Source: Candidatus Eiseniibacteriota bacterium (lineage in GTDB: Bacteria > Eisenbacteria > RBG-16-71-46 > DASYSL01). Taken from it: a DNA stretch of 64,000 bases. The first letter of the stretch is position 1. Every line of letters begins with the position of its first letter. Both the position numbers and the translations under genes were made by a program. Shown piece by piece: positions 34,302 through 45,987 of this stretch. The notes under the pieces are model-generated. The model ran no database searches. It had not been told where the DNA came from and was given only the letters and a program-made list of their open reading frames with translations. Where the stretch lies: contig JANPEF010000106.1 of assembly GCA_031431875.1 (NCBI GenBank), positions 1-64,000 of the forward strand, given 5' to 3'.

Positions 34302-35107
34302 TCGACTCCCCGCTCGACGCCACGCAGCCGGTCGCTCCCGTCGCTCCCGTCGACTCCGCGGAGCCCGCGCCGATGGCGCCCGGCGGCCCTGCGCTCGTCG
34401 CCACGGGACTCGTGCGTGCCTACGGCAAGCACCGCGTCGTCGACGACGTGAGCGTCACGGTGCGCCCGGGCGAGGTCGTCGGGCTGCTCGGGCCGAATGG
34501 CGCCGGCAAGACGACCACGTTCTACCTGATCGTCGGCCTGCTGCGTCCGGGCTCGGGGCGCATCCGCCTCGGTGACGAGGACCTGACCGACCTGCCCGTG
34601 TACCTCAGGGCGCGGCGCGGCATCGGCTACCTGGCACAGGAGCCGAGCATCTTCCGCAAGCTGTCGGTGCGCGACAACGTGCTGGCGGTGCTCGAGACGC
34701 TGCCCATTCCCGCGGTCGAGCGGCGGCGGCGACTCGACCAGTTGCTCGACGACCTGCACCTGACGGCGCTGGCCGACCGTCAGGGCACGAAGCTGTCGGG
34801 TGGGGAGAGGCGCCGGGTCGAGATCGCCCGCGCCCTCGCCACGCGACCGCGTTTCCTGCTGCTCGACGAGCCGTTCGTGGGCATCGACCCGATCGCCGTG
34901 TCCGAGATCCAGGACATCGTGCAGCGGCTCAAGGCCCAGGGGCTCGGCATGCTGATCACCGACCACAACGTGCGCGAGACGTTGCGCATCACCGACCGGG
35001 CCTCCATCATGTACGAGGGTCGGATCCTGGTCGAGGGCAGCGCGGCATACCTGACCACTCATCCCGAAGCCCGGAAGTTCTACCTCGGCGATCGCTTCGC
35101 CCTCTAG
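34298..35107 (+). CDS. lptB: LPS export ABC transporter ATPase
   Basis: GLLGPNGAGKTT, YLAQEPSIFRKL, LSGGERRRVEIAR, LLDEPF, ITDHNVRETL. Confidence 0.96.
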   Translation: MIDSPLDATQPVAPVAPVDSAEPAPMAPGGPALVATGLVRAYGKHRVVDDVSVTVRPGEVVGLLGPNGAGKTTTFYLIVGLLRPGSGRIRLGDEDLTDLPVYLRARRGIGYLAQEPSIFRKLSVRDNVLAVLETLPIPAVERRRRLDQLLDDLHLTALADRQGTKLSGGERRRVEIARALATRPRFLLLDEPFVGIDPIAVSEIQDIVQRLKAQGLGMLITDHNVRETLRITDRASIMYEGRILVEGSAAYLTTHPEARKFYLGDRFAL

Positions 35108-35138
35108 GACGCGACCCCCGCCCGGAAGGATCGTCGGC

Positions 35139-36578
35139 ATGCACCAGAAACCCACGCTCGGACTCTCGCAGCAGCAGCGCCAGGTGATGACCCCGCAGAT
35201 GCAGCAGGCGCTCAAGCTGCTGCAGGTGCCGACGCTCGAGTTGCAGATGATGCTCAAGGAAGAGCTGACGCAGAACCCGTTCCTCGAGGAGGTCGACGAG
35301 TTCGCCGAGGTCGAGGACCAGAAGGCCGAGGGCGAGGACAACCCGCTCGAGCGGCAGGAGGAGGAGTCGGTGACCTCCGAGTCCGAGGCCTCGACCGAGA
35401 CCAAGGACGAGATCGACTGGTCCGACTACTCGCAGGACGACTTCGACCGCGTGCCCATGCCGCAGGGCGAGACCAACAGCGAGTTCTTCGAGAAGGTGCC
35501 GGTCCGCCGCGACAGCCTGGTCGAGCACCTGACGACCGAGCTGCACATGCTTCCCCTGTCCGAGGACGAACAGGCGCTGGGCGAGATCATCGTCGGCTCG
35601 CTCGACGACCGTGGCTACCTGGCGACGTCGATCGAGGACCTGGCCGAGTTCGCGAAGGCGACGGTCGAGGAGGTGCTGCGCCTGCTGGCGATCGTGCAGA
35701 CGCTCGAGCCGGCCGGCGTGGGCGCGCGCGACCTGCGCGAGTGCCTGCTCATCCAGCTCAAGGCGCGCGGGCAGGAGGGGACCCTCGCCTGGCGGATCAT
35801 CGAGACGCAGTTCGAAAACCTGAAGAACAACAAGCGCGCCGACATCGCGCGGGCGCTCAAGGTGACGGTCGAGCAGGTGCAGGACGCGACCGACTCCCTG
35901 GGCACGCTCTCGCCCAAGCCGGGATTCGAGCTGTCGGCCGAGGAAGCCCGCTATGTCGTGCCCGACCTCATCGTCGAGCGGGTGGGCGAGGACTACGTGG
36001 CGTTTCTCAACGACCGCAATGTCCCGCGGCTGCGCATCAACCAGGCGTACCAGTCGGTGCTCAGCGGCAAGCAGAAGGCGGGCCGCGAGGAGAAGAAGTA
36101 CGTCAATGACAAGCTGTCGGCGGCGCGCTGGCTGATCAAGACCATCGACCAGCGGCGGCGCACCATGATCAACGTCATGAACTGCATCATCCAGGAACAA
36201 CGGGAGTTCTTCGACAAGGGGATCCAATTCCTGCACCCGCTCACCCTGCAGGCCATCGCCCGCCAGGTCGGCGTGCACGAGTCGACGGTGAGCCGGGTCA
36301 CCAACAACAAGTACGTGCAGACTCCGCGCGGAATCTTCGAGCTCAAGTTCTTCTTCTCCAGCGGCCTGACGACGGACGACGGCGAGGATGTCTCGGCGCG
36401 CACGGCGCGCGACCGGATCAAGAACCTGATCGGGGACGAGGACTCGAAGGACCCGCTGTCGGACCAGAAGATCGCGGACCTCCTGCAGGCCGACGGACTC
36501 AACATCGCCCGCCGCACGGTGGCCAAGTATCGCGAGCAGCTCAGAATCCTGCCGGCCCGCATCCGCCGGCGCGTCTGA
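35139..36578 (+). CDS. rpoN: RNA polymerase sigma-54 factor
   Basis: MTPQMQQALKLLQ, HESTVSR, RpoN box ARRTVAKYR. Confidence 0.98.
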   Translation: MHQKPTLGLSQQQRQVMTPQMQQALKLLQVPTLELQMMLKEELTQNPFLEEVDEFAEVEDQKAEGEDNPLERQEEESVTSESEASTETKDEIDWSDYSQDDFDRVPMPQGETNSEFFEKVPVRRDSLVEHLTTELHMLPLSEDEQALGEIIVGSLDDRGYLATSIEDLAEFAKATVEEVLRLLAIVQTLEPAGVGARDLRECLLIQLKARGQEGTLAWRIIETQFENLKNNKRADIARALKVTVEQVQDATDSLGTLSPKPGFELSAEEARYVVPDLIVERVGEDYVAFLNDRNVPRLRINQAYQSVLSGKQKAGREEKKYVNDKLSAARWLIKTIDQRRRTMINVMNCIIQEQREFFDKGIQFLHPLTLQAIARQVGVHESTVSRVTNNKYVQTPRGIFELKFFFSSGLTTDDGEDVSARTARDRIKNLIGDEDSKDPLSDQKIADLLQADGLNIARRTVAKYREQLRILPARIRRRV

Positions 36579-36619
36579 CCCGTCGTCCAGAAGGGGCCAC
36601 GGCCCCGGAGGCATCGACC

Positions 36620-37192
36620 ATGCGCATTCACGTCACGAGCCGCCACGAACGGCTGACGCCGACCGTTCGTCGCTCGATCGAGGACCGGCTGCACAAGAGC
36701 TCCCGTTTCGCGGCACTGAGCGAGGTGCACGTCATCCTCGACGTGCAGAAGAACCGCCACGTGGCCGAGATCATCGCCCGCGCCGGTGGCAAGGAGGTCG
36801 TCGTCCGCGAGGTCTCGGCCGACGTGCGCACCTCGATCGACGCCGCGGTCGAGAGCCTCGAGGCGCGCGTCAAGCGGCTCAAGGAGAAGCGCAGCACGCA
36901 GCGCCTGCACGACGGCACGCGCCCGAACGGCGACGAGGCGATGGGCGCCATCCGCTCGGCCGCACGAGCCGCGCTGCCCGTGGCCGCGCCGAAGATCGTC
37001 GCCTCGCGTGGCGCGGGGACGAAACCGCTGAGCGTCGACGAGGCCGCCGAGCGCCTGCTCGCCACCGCGGCCGAGTACCTGGCGTTCGTCAACGCCGAGA
37101 CCGGGCGCCTGAACGTGCTGCACCGCCGGAAGGACGGCGACCTCGGCCTGATCGCGCCGAAGGAAGTGGTCGTGCGGCGCGGGCGCGGGTAG
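36620..37192 (+). CDS. hpf: Ribosome hibernation promoting factor (long form)
   Basis: MRIHVTSRH, SIDAAV..LE.RVKRLKEK, C-terminal KPLSVDEA..NVLHRRKDG; directly after rpoN. Confidence 0.88.
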   Translation: MRIHVTSRHERLTPTVRRSIEDRLHKSSRFAALSEVHVILDVQKNRHVAEIIARAGGKEVVVREVSADVRTSIDAAVESLEARVKRLKEKRSTQRLHDGTRPNGDEAMGAIRSAARAALPVAAPKIVASRGAGTKPLSVDEAAERLLATAAEYLAFVNAETGRLNVLHRRKDGDLGLIAPKEVVVRRGRG

Positions 37193-37200
37193 GGGACGGC

Positions 37201-38169
37201 GTGCAGAACCTGACCGCGGCCCGGCTGTTCGAGGAGCAACAGGCCGACCTCGAGCTCGAAGCGCTGACCGAGTCGCTCTCGTCCCAGCGCGACATCACGG
37301 TCGCCGACGTGCACCGGCCCGGGATGGCGCTCATGGGGTTCGACGAGAACTTCCTGCCCGAGCGCATCCAGATCCTGGGCCAGACCGAGATCGCCTACCT
37401 GGCGCAGCTCGCGCCGTCGGGCGCGCGGGAGGCGATCGATCGCCTGTTCGGCTTCACGCTGCCGTGCATCATGATCGCCAAGGGCCTCGAGCCGCCGGCC
37501 TACCTGCTCGAGCGCGCCGCTGCGGCCGACTGCCCGGTGCTGCGCTCGCCGCAGTCGACCACGCCGTTCATTCATTCCCTGACGGCGTATCTCGATGCGA
37601 TCTTCTCGCCGCAGACGACGCTGCACGGCTCGCTGGTCGACGTCTACGGCGTTGGCCTGCTGCTCACCGGCAAGAGCGGCATCGGCAAGAGCGAGTGCGC
37701 GCTCGACCTGGTCGAGCGCGGGCACCGGCTCGTCGCCGATGACGCGGTCACGGTCACGCGGCGGCACGGCAACGTGCTCATCGGTACGGGGAATGCGCTC
37801 CTGCGCCACCACATGGAGATCCGCGGCATCGGGATCATCGACGTGCAGAGCATCTTCGGGATCCGCTCGATCCGCGTGCAGAAGCGCGTCGAGGTGCAGT
37901 GCGACCTGCAACTCTGGGTGCCGGGCACCGAGTACGACCGCACGGGGCTCGACCAGCAGCGAATCGACGTGCTTGGCGTGCCCATCCCGTACGTGCCGAT
38001 CCCGATCGTGCCGGGCAAGAACATCACCGTCATCGCCGAGGTCGTCGCGCTGAATTACCTGACCCAGGCCTATGGCTACAATCCGGCCGAGAAGCTCAAT
38101 CGTCACCTGCTCGAGATGATGAAGCGCAAGAGCCAGAACCGCGCCTGGGTGCGCGAGGACATGGAATGA
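37201..38169 (+). CDS. hprK: HPr kinase/phosphorylase
   Basis: HRPG, RIQILG, GKSGIGKSE, HRLVADD, EIRGIGII, PGKN. Confidence 0.96.
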   Translation: MQNLTAARLFEEQQADLELEALTESLSSQRDITVADVHRPGMALMGFDENFLPERIQILGQTEIAYLAQLAPSGAREAIDRLFGFTLPCIMIAKGLEPPAYLLERAAAADCPVLRSPQSTTPFIHSLTAYLDAIFSPQTTLHGSLVDVYGVGLLLTGKSGIGKSECALDLVERGHRLVADDAVTVTRRHGNVLIGTGNALLRHHMEIRGIGIIDVQSIFGIRSIRVQKRVEVQCDLQLWVPGTEYDRTGLDQQRIDVLGVPIPYVPIPIVPGKNITVIAEVVALNYLTQAYGYNPAEKLNRHLLEMMKRKSQNRAWVREDME

Positions 38170-38630
38170 GCGAGCCCCGCCACGACACGGTTGCAGCCCC
38201 GGTCGCGCTCGTCCCCGCGCTGGTGGTCACCCACGGTGGGCTCGGCGCCGCGCTGCTCGGCGCGGCGCGCGCGATCGCGGGTGCCTTTACCGGGCTCGAG
38301 GCGATCTCCAACGACGGGCTGTCGCGCGATGCGCTGGTCGCCGCCGTCGGCGACCGGATCGCCGGGTTCGGGCCGGCGGGGGGCATCGTGTTTGCCGACG
38401 TCGCCGGCGGCTCGTGCGCACAGGCCGCGCTGGCTGCGGCCGCCCGTGGCGCGCCCGGCCCGGTGCGCGTGCTCTCCGGCGTCAATCTGCCGATGGTGCT
38501 CGACTACCTGCACAACCGCACGCGCCTCGAGCCGGCCGCGCTGGCCGATCACGTGCAGGCGCGCGGTCGGGCCTCGGTGCAACTGCTCGAGCCGCCCGCC
38601 GCGGCCACCGCCCCGGAGGGCGCGGAATGA
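38166..38630 (+). CDS. PTS mannose/fructose-family EIIA
   Basis: VVTHG phospho-His, ADVAGGS, SGVNLPMV. Confidence 0.88.
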   Translation: MSEPRHDTVAAPVALVPALVVTHGGLGAALLGAARAIAGAFTGLEAISNDGLSRDALVAAVGDRIAGFGPAGGIVFADVAGGSCAQAALAAAARGAPGPVRVLSGVNLPMVLDYLHNRTRLEPAALADHVQARGRASVQLLEPPAAATAPEGAE

Positions 38631-39124
38631 GCGTCGCGCTCGTGCGGGTCGATGACCGCCTGCTGCACGGTCAGGTGCTGCTCGCCTGGGGCTGCGCGCT
38701 GGCCGCCGATCGCTACCTCGTGGTCGACGACGCGCTGGCCGCGAGCCCGTTCGAGAGCGCCCTGGTGCAGAGCTGCGGCGGCGACGCCGAGGTCGCGATC
38801 GTGCCACTGGCCGAGGGTGCGCGCCGCTTCGCCGAGGAGGAGGCGCGCGCCGGCAGCGCCGTCGCCCTGGTGCGGGGGCTGCCCGAGGCGCTGGCCCTGG
38901 CGCGCGCCGTGCGCGACGCGGGCGGGCGGCTCGAGCGCGTGAACCTGGGCGGCGTGCACCACGCGCCCGGCAAGGAGCGCGTCCACGACTTCGTCTACCT
39001 GGGCCCCGAGGACCGCGCCGCGCTGGCGGCGCTGCGCGAGCTGTCCGTGCGCGTCGTCGTCCAGGACGTGCCGGCCTCGACGCCGTTCGACGCACCGCCG
39101 GCGTGGAGCGCCCGGGTCGCGTGA
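38627..39124 (+). CDS. PTS mannose-family EIIB
   Basis: RVDDRLLHGQV phospho-His, VNLGG, QDVP. Confidence 0.9.
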   Translation: MSVALVRVDDRLLHGQVLLAWGCALAADRYLVVDDALAASPFESALVQSCGGDAEVAIVPLAEGARRFAEEEARAGSAVALVRGLPEALALARAVRDAGGRLERVNLGGVHHAPGKERVHDFVYLGPEDRAALAALRELSVRVVVQDVPASTPFDAPPAWSARVA

Positions 39125-39831
39125 ACGTCCTCCCCGCGGTCTTCGGCACGCTGCTGTGGGGCGCATGGGTCGCGGCCGATGCGACGGCGTTCGTGCAGCT
39201 GCTGATCAGCCAGCCGATCGTCGCGGGCACGGTGACGGGTTGGCTGTGGGGGCGGCCGGCGATCGGCCTCGAACTCGGCGCCATCCTCCAGTTGTTCGCC
39301 TGTGGCGTGCTGCCGCTGGGTGGTCGCACGCCCGAGGACTTCCCGGCCGGCGCCGTGGTCGGCGTGGCGGTCGCTTCCTCGGTTGACCTGGCGTTGCCCG
39401 TCGCCTCGGCGCAGGGCGGTCCGCTGCTCTACGGCGCGTGCGTCGCGTTCGCGGTCGCGCTGCTCGGCAAGCCGCTGCTGGTGTGGCAGCGGCGGCGTAA
39501 CGAGCGTCTCGCCGCGTGGTGTGACGTCGAGCTGATGGCCGGCAACCTGGGGGCGCTGGGCCGCGCGCAGGTTGCCGGCGTGGCGCAGGCCGCCGCGGTG
39601 GGACTGGTGTGGACCGGTACTGCGATGCTGGTCTTCGGCCTGCTCGCAGGCCCGTTGTTCCGCACGCAGGGCGTGGCCCTGGGGCAGGCCTGGCACCTGG
39701 GTTCGCCGCTGTTGTGGGGCTTCGGTGCGGGGCTGGTGGCGAAGGGCTTCGTGCGCGGGCGACGGCCGACGTTGTTCTTCTGGTTCGCCTTGACCGCCTT
39801 CCTCGTGCTTCGCCTGGCGCAGCCGTCGTGA
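39121..39831 (+). CDS. PTS mannose-family EIIC (short)
   Basis: QLLISQPIVAG, GLELGA.LQL, PLGG..P; multiple TM segments. Confidence 0.82.
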   Translation: MNVLPAVFGTLLWGAWVAADATAFVQLLISQPIVAGTVTGWLWGRPAIGLELGAILQLFACGVLPLGGRTPEDFPAGAVVGVAVASSVDLALPVASAQGGPLLYGACVAFAVALLGKPLLVWQRRRNERLAAWCDVELMAGNLGALGRAQVAGVAQAAAVGLVWTGTAMLVFGLLAGPLFRTQGVALGQAWHLGSPLLWGFGAGLVAKGFVRGRRPTLFFWFALTAFLVLRLAQPS

Positions 39832-40688
39832 GCGTGATTCCGCCCATGCCCGAGTCACCCGAGTCACCCGAGTCGCCGAAGCCGCCGGTCGCCGCGCCGG
39901 TCGTGGCACCACCGCCGCGGACCCGGCTCCTGACGTCGCAGGTGCTGGGTGCGGCGTTCGCGCGGCTGTTCCTGCTGCAGGCGACGTGGAACTACGAGCG
40001 CATGCAGGGGCTCGGGCTCGCCCACGCGCTGGCGCCCGTCGCGCGCGCACTGGAGAAGGATGAGGCTGCGGCCGCCCGCGCGCTGGTGCCGCACGCGGGT
40101 TACTTCAACACGCACCCGGTGATGGCGTCGGTCGCGGTCGGCGTGATCGCCGGCGAGATGGAGAAGCGCGCCGCCGGCGAGCCCGCTCTCGATGATGCCG
40201 GGCTCTTGCGCGCCAAGCAGGCGCTCGGCGCGTCGCTCGCCGCGGCGGGCGATCCGCTGTTCTGGAACGCGCTGCGCCCGATGGTCGCGCTGGCCGCGGT
40301 CTACGCGTGGCGCGAGGAACGCTCGCCGGTCGGGTTGTTCACCTTCCTCGCCGGCTACAACGTCATCGCCGTGGGCTACCGGATCCGCGGCCTGTTCGAG
40401 GGCTACCGCCGCGGGCTCGCCTACGTGGCGAACCTGCCGCGCCGACTGGCGCGGCTTACCGACGCCCTGCGCCTGCTCGGCGTCGTGCTCGCCGCGCTGC
40501 TGATCTCGACGATCCTGATCCCCGACGGTCCGGCGGCGCCACGACAGGTCCTGGCGGGCTCGATCGGGCTCGGGCTCGGTGCGCTGGCCTTGGGGCGCGC
40601 GCGGCTGGGCCCGGCCGAGTGGGGCGTCGCCCTGTCCCTCAGCGTCCTCGCCTGGGTCACCATCGGCCCGGGCCTCTCCCCGTTCTGA
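39828..40688 (+). CDS. PTS mannose-family EIID
   Basis: LQATWNYERMQGLG, YFNTHP, LAAAGD.LFW..LRP. Confidence 0.9.
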   Translation: MSVIPPMPESPESPESPKPPVAAPVVAPPPRTRLLTSQVLGAAFARLFLLQATWNYERMQGLGLAHALAPVARALEKDEAAAARALVPHAGYFNTHPVMASVAVGVIAGEMEKRAAGEPALDDAGLLRAKQALGASLAAAGDPLFWNALRPMVALAAVYAWREERSPVGLFTFLAGYNVIAVGYRIRGLFEGYRRGLAYVANLPRRLARLTDALRLLGVVLAALLISTILIPDGPAAPRQVLAGSIGLGLGALALGRARLGPAEWGVALSLSVLAWVTIGPGLSPF

Positions 40689-40696
40689 AAGGCGCC

Positions 40697-40963
40697 ATGG
40701 TCGAAGCCGAGCTCACGATCACGAATCGCCAGGGCCTGCACGCCCGCGCCTGCCAGAAGTTCGTGCACCTCGCCTCGGCGTACCAGGCCGAGGTGTTCGT
40801 GACCCGCGACGGTGTCGAGGTCAACGGCAAGAGCATCCTCGGCGTCATGATGCTCGCCGCCGAGCCCGGGGCCGCCATCCGCGTGCGCGCCGACGGGCCC
40901 GACGAGACGGCTGCGCTGGCCGCGCTGACGCAGCTGGTGGAGGACAAGTTTGGCGAAGAGTGA
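40697..40963 (+). CDS. ptsH: Phosphocarrier protein HPr
   Basis: GLHARA (His15) and NGKSILGVMML (Ser46). Confidence 0.96.
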   Translation: MVEAELTITNRQGLHARACQKFVHLASAYQAEVFVTRDGVEVNGKSILGVMMLAAEPGAAIRVRADGPDETAALAALTQLVEDKFGEE

Positions 40964-42731
40964 GCCGCTCCAGGGGATCGCCGCGTCGTCGGGCCTCGCC
41001 ATCGGCCCGGCGCGCGTGCTGCCCGCCGCCGACCAGGACGTGCCGCGACGGCTGCTCGCGGCGGCCGACGTGGCCGCCGAGCACGCGCGCCTCGACGGGG
41101 CGATCGCCGCGGCGTGCGGCGAACTGGGCGAACTCATCGCCCAGGTCGACGCGCTGCACGAGGACGAGACGCACGCCATCCTCGACGTGCAGCTCATGCT
41201 GCTCGGGGATCCGACGGTCCTCAGCGAGACGCGCCACGCGATCGCCGACGAGCTGCTCAACGCCGAGTTCGCCTACCATCGCGTGTTCGCCCGCGCCGCC
41301 ACGGCCTACGAGGCGAGCGGGGCCGAGATCTTTCGCGACCGCGCCGTCGACTTCCGCGACGTGTCGCGCCGAGTGCTGCGCCACCTGACGGGCTGGACGC
41401 CGTCGCGCCTGGCCGGCATCGAGGAGCCGTGCATCGTCGTGGCCCACGACCTCGAGCCGTCCGAGACGATCCACTTCCACAAGGGCAAGGTCCTCGCCGT
41501 CCTCACCGACGAGGGCGGCCGCACGTCGCACTCGGCGCTGCTGGCCCGCTCGCACGGCATCCCGGCGGTGGTCGGCCTGCGCAACGTGACGCGGCTGGTG
41601 CAGGACGGCGACCTCGTCGCCGTCGACGGCTACTCGGGCGCGGTGTGGCCACGGCCGTCGCAGCGGCGGGCCGAGCGCTTCCGCCGCCGCATCAAGGTCG
41701 TCGCCGCGCACGGCAAGGAACTCGAGGCGCTGCGCGACCTGCCCGCGATCACGCCCGACGGGAGGAGGATCGAGCTGTCGGCGAACCTCGAGATCCCCGA
41801 GGAGGTGGGGCACGTGCTCGAGTCCGGCGCGTCCGGCATCGGGCTCTACCGCACCGAGTTCTTCTACCTGGGCCGCCCGCACCTGCCGAGCGAGGAGGAG
41901 CAGACCGCGGCCTACCGCGGCGTCGCCGAGCGCATGCACCCGCGTCCGGTGATCATCCGCACGATGGACCTGGGCGGCGACAAGGTGGCGAGCTACATGC
42001 GCACCGACGACGAGGCGAACCCGTTCCTGGGCTGGCGTGGCATCCGCTTCGCGCTGCACCACCCCGAGGTGTTCCGCACGCAGCTGCGCGCCATCCTGCG
42101 CGCCAGCGCCGTGGGCAACGTCAAGGTGATGTTTCCCATGGTGACGACCTACGAGGAACTCGACCAGGCGCTCGCCCTGTGCGACGAGGTGAAGCGCGAG
42201 CTGACCGCCGAGCACGTGCCCTTCGACGCCGCCTGCGAGATCGGCATGATGGTCGAGACGCCGTCGGCCGTGTGGTCGGCCGAGTTCATGGCCCCACGAG
42301 TGGCGTTCTTCTCGATCGGCTCGAACGACCTGATCCAGTACACGCTGGCGATGGATCGCGGCAACGCGAAGATCGCCTACCTGTACGAGCCGCTCGACCC
42401 GGCGATCCTGCGCTCGATTCGCGCCACGGTCACCGCCGGCCACGCCGCCGGACGCTGGGTCGGGCTGTGTGGCGAGATGGCCGGCGATCCGCGGATCGCC
42501 GCCCTCCTGCTGGGCATGGACGTCGACGAGTTCTCGGTGTCGCCGTTCGACCTGCCGCGCGTCAAGGCCGTGATCCGCACCTTGACGCACGCACGCGCGC
42601 GGGAGATCGCGGCGCGCGCGCTCGAGTTACCGACCGCCGGGGAGATCCGCCGCCTGCTCGATCGCGAGCTCGAGGCGATCCTGCCCGCCGTGCTCCTGGG
42701 AGGGGACGATGCCGCACGCGACGCTGAGTGA
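40950..42731 (+). CDS. ptsI: PTS enzyme I
   Basis: GIAASSG, GGRTSHS, GIGLYRTEF, EANPFLGWRG, MVETP, SIGSNDL.QY, CGEMAG. Confidence 0.96.
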   Translation: MAKSEPLQGIAASSGLAIGPARVLPAADQDVPRRLLAAADVAAEHARLDGAIAAACGELGELIAQVDALHEDETHAILDVQLMLLGDPTVLSETRHAIADELLNAEFAYHRVFARAATAYEASGAEIFRDRAVDFRDVSRRVLRHLTGWTPSRLAGIEEPCIVVAHDLEPSETIHFHKGKVLAVLTDEGGRTSHSALLARSHGIPAVVGLRNVTRLVQDGDLVAVDGYSGAVWPRPSQRRAERFRRRIKVVAAHGKELEALRDLPAITPDGRRIELSANLEIPEEVGHVLESGASGIGLYRTEFFYLGRPHLPSEEEQTAAYRGVAERMHPRPVIIRTMDLGGDKVASYMRTDDEANPFLGWRGIRFALHHPEVFRTQLRAILRASAVGNVKVMFPMVTTYEELDQALALCDEVKRELTAEHVPFDAACEIGMMVETPSAVWSAEFMAPRVAFFSIGSNDLIQYTLAMDRGNAKIAYLYEPLDPAILRSIRATVTAGHAAGRWVGLCGEMAGDPRIAALLLGMDVDEFSVSPFDLPRVKAVIRTLTHARAREIAARALELPTAGEIRRLLDRELEAILPAVLLGGDDAARDAE

Positions 42732-43812
42732 AGCCGACGTCGCCGCGCGCGACGCCGGCGGCATGGCCGCCCTGATCGCCTCGTGGCCGGCGCAGATCGC
42801 GGGGCAGCGCGCGGCGCTGGCGGCGAGCCCCTGGCCCGCGCAACCCGCGCCGTCGCTGCTCGCGGTGGGGGGGATGGGCGGCTCGGCGATCGCCTCGGAT
42901 CTCGTGTTCGCGCTGTCCGCCGATCGCCTGCAGTTTCCGACGCTGGTGTGCCGGGACTACACCTGGCCGGCCGCGGTCCGGCCCGGGGCGCTCGCGGTGC
43001 TGTCGAGCTACTCGGGCAACACCGAGGAGACCCTGGCCCTCTATGACGAGGCGAAGGCCCGGGGGGTGGCCCGACTGGCGATCACGACGGGGGGCGAACT
43101 GGCCCGCCGTTGCGAGGCCGATCGGGTGCCCTGGAGGGTCGTTCCGGGGGGCCTTCCCCCCCGGGCCGCCCTCGGTTATTCTGTTGTGTCACTATCCCTT
43201 GTGCTCGAATCACTGGGTGCTCCGGGCTGGGGCGATGCGGCCTGGGCCGAGGCGCACGCGGTCGCGGCCGAGCTGGGCACGCGCTGCGCGCCCGATCGAC
43301 CCGAGGCCGACAACCCGGCGAAGCAGCTGGCCCGCGCCGTGGTCGGGCGCGCCGTCTGCATCTACGGCGGGGCGGGCCTCGCGGCGCCGATCGCGCGGCG
43401 CTGGAAGGGTCAGCTCCACGAGAACGCGAAGACCCTGGCTTTCGACGCGGTCCTGCCGGAGATGAACCACAACGAGATCGTGGGCTGGCAGGCGCTCGCC
43501 GACCTGCACCCGCGGTTCGCCGTGATCCTGCTGCGGGACCGCGCCGAATCGGGTGCGCTGGCGCGGCGGATGGCGGTGACCCGCGAGATCCTCGAGGACG
43601 AGGGGGTCGGCGTGCACGAGGCGTGGTCGGTGGGCACGTCGCCGCTGGCGCGCATGCTCTCGCTGCTCGTGCTGGGCGACTGGACGAGCTTGTACCTGGC
43701 GGTGCTGGCCGGCGTGGATCCCACGCCGATCGTGAAGATCGACCGGCTCAAGGCGGCGCTCGCATCGGCGGGCGACGACCGGCCGGGGACTGCGGAGGCG
43801 ACCCCCCGATGA
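42709..43812 (+). CDS. Bifunctional phosphoglucose/phosphomannose isomerase (archaeal-type SIS)
   Basis: [33 protein letters not shown]. Confidence 0.9.
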   Translation: MPHATLSEADVAARDAGGMAALIASWPAQIAGQRAALAASPWPAQPAPSLLAVGGMGGSAIASDLVFALSADRLQFPTLVCRDYTWPAAVRPGALAVLSSYSGNTEETLALYDEAKARGVARLAITTGGELARRCEADRVPWRVVPGGLPPRAALGYSVVSLSLVLESLGAPGWGDAAWAEAHAVAAELGTRCAPDRPEADNPAKQLARAVVGRAVCIYGGAGLAAPIARRWKGQLHENAKTLAFDAVLPEMNHNEIVGWQALADLHPRFAVILLRDRAESGALARRMAVTREILEDEGVGVHEAWSVGTSPLARMLSLLVLGDWTSLYLAVLAGVDPTPIVKIDRLKAALASAGDDRPGTAEATPR

Positions 43813-44807
43813 CTCCGTCCGGCATCAAGGCGATCATCCCCGTGGCGGGGGTGGGCTCGCGGCTGCGGCCGCACACCCACACGACCCCGAAGGCGCTCAT
43901 CCACGTGGCGGGCCGCCCGATTCTGGCGCACATCCTCGACGACCTGGAGCGGCTGGGCGTCACGGACGTGGTCCTCGTCGTCGGCCACATGAGCGAGCAC
44001 ATCCGGGCCTACGTCGACGCGCACTACGCGCACCTGACGCGCTCCTACGTCGACCAGCCCGAGCGGCTGGGACTGGGCCACGCGGTGCGCCTGACGCGCG
44101 ACCTGGTGAGCGGGCACCCGGCGTTCATCGTGCTCGGCGACACCATCTTTCGCGCCGACTTCTCGGCGGTGGTGAACGGCGGCGAGAGCGCGATCGGCGT
44201 GCACGAAGTGAAGGATCCGCGGCGGTTCGGGATCGTCGAGACGAAGGACGGCTACGCCTCGCGACTGGTCGAAAAGCCCGATCATCCCACGTCGAACCTG
44301 GCGATCGTCGGGGTCTACTACCTGACCGACTCGAGGCTGCTGTTCGACGCGCTCGACACGCTGGTGGCGAAGGACATCCGGACCAAGGGCGAGTACCAGT
44401 TGACCGACGCGCTCCAGCTCATGATCGAGGGGGGCCACCGGATCCGGCCCTTCAAAGTCGACGGCTGGTACGACTGCGGGAAGACCGAGACGTTGCTCGA
44501 GACCAACCGCGAGCTGCTCGAGAGCAAGGGCGATGCGCCCGGAATGGCCCCGGCGGGGACGGTGATCGTGCCGCCGGTGGCCATCGATCCGACGGCCGTG
44601 ATCGAGCGTTCGATCATCGGCCCGCACGTCTCGATCGCCGCCCGCGCCGTGGTGCGCGAGGCGGTGGTGAAGAATTCGATCGTCAACGAAGACGCCGTCG
44701 TCGAGCGCATCCTGCTCGAAGGATCGGTGATCGGCGAGAACGCGCTCGTCCGCGGGACGTTCCGCCATCTCAACGTGGGAGACTCCTCCGAAGTGAGCAT
44801 GGGATAG
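43809..44807 (+). CDS. Sugar-1-phosphate nucleotidyltransferase (G1P thymidylyltransferase-like, with LbH tail)
   Basis: [14 protein letters not shown]...PK, GLGHA, LGDTI, DPRRFG, VEKP, GEYQLTD, WYDCG. Confidence 0.88.
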   Translation: MTPSGIKAIIPVAGVGSRLRPHTHTTPKALIHVAGRPILAHILDDLERLGVTDVVLVVGHMSEHIRAYVDAHYAHLTRSYVDQPERLGLGHAVRLTRDLVSGHPAFIVLGDTIFRADFSAVVNGGESAIGVHEVKDPRRFGIVETKDGYASRLVEKPDHPTSNLAIVGVYYLTDSRLLFDALDTLVAKDIRTKGEYQLTDALQLMIEGGHRIRPFKVDGWYDCGKTETLLETNRELLESKGDAPGMAPAGTVIVPPVAIDPTAVIERSIIGPHVSIAARAVVREAVVKNSIVNEDAVVERILLEGSVIGENALVRGTFRHLNVGDSSEVSMG

Positions 44808-44842
44808 CTCACGGAGCCCCCGCCAACCCGCAAGGAGCAGGC

Positions 44843-45985
<1,143 letters not shown>

Positions 45986-45987
45986 CC

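Noticed and set aside
39848..39878. CCCGAGTCA tandem repeat (also short repeats at ~34330 and ~18130)
   Set aside because: In-frame low-complexity linkers (PESPES, VAPVAP, AEAEA); not CRISPR or contingency loci.
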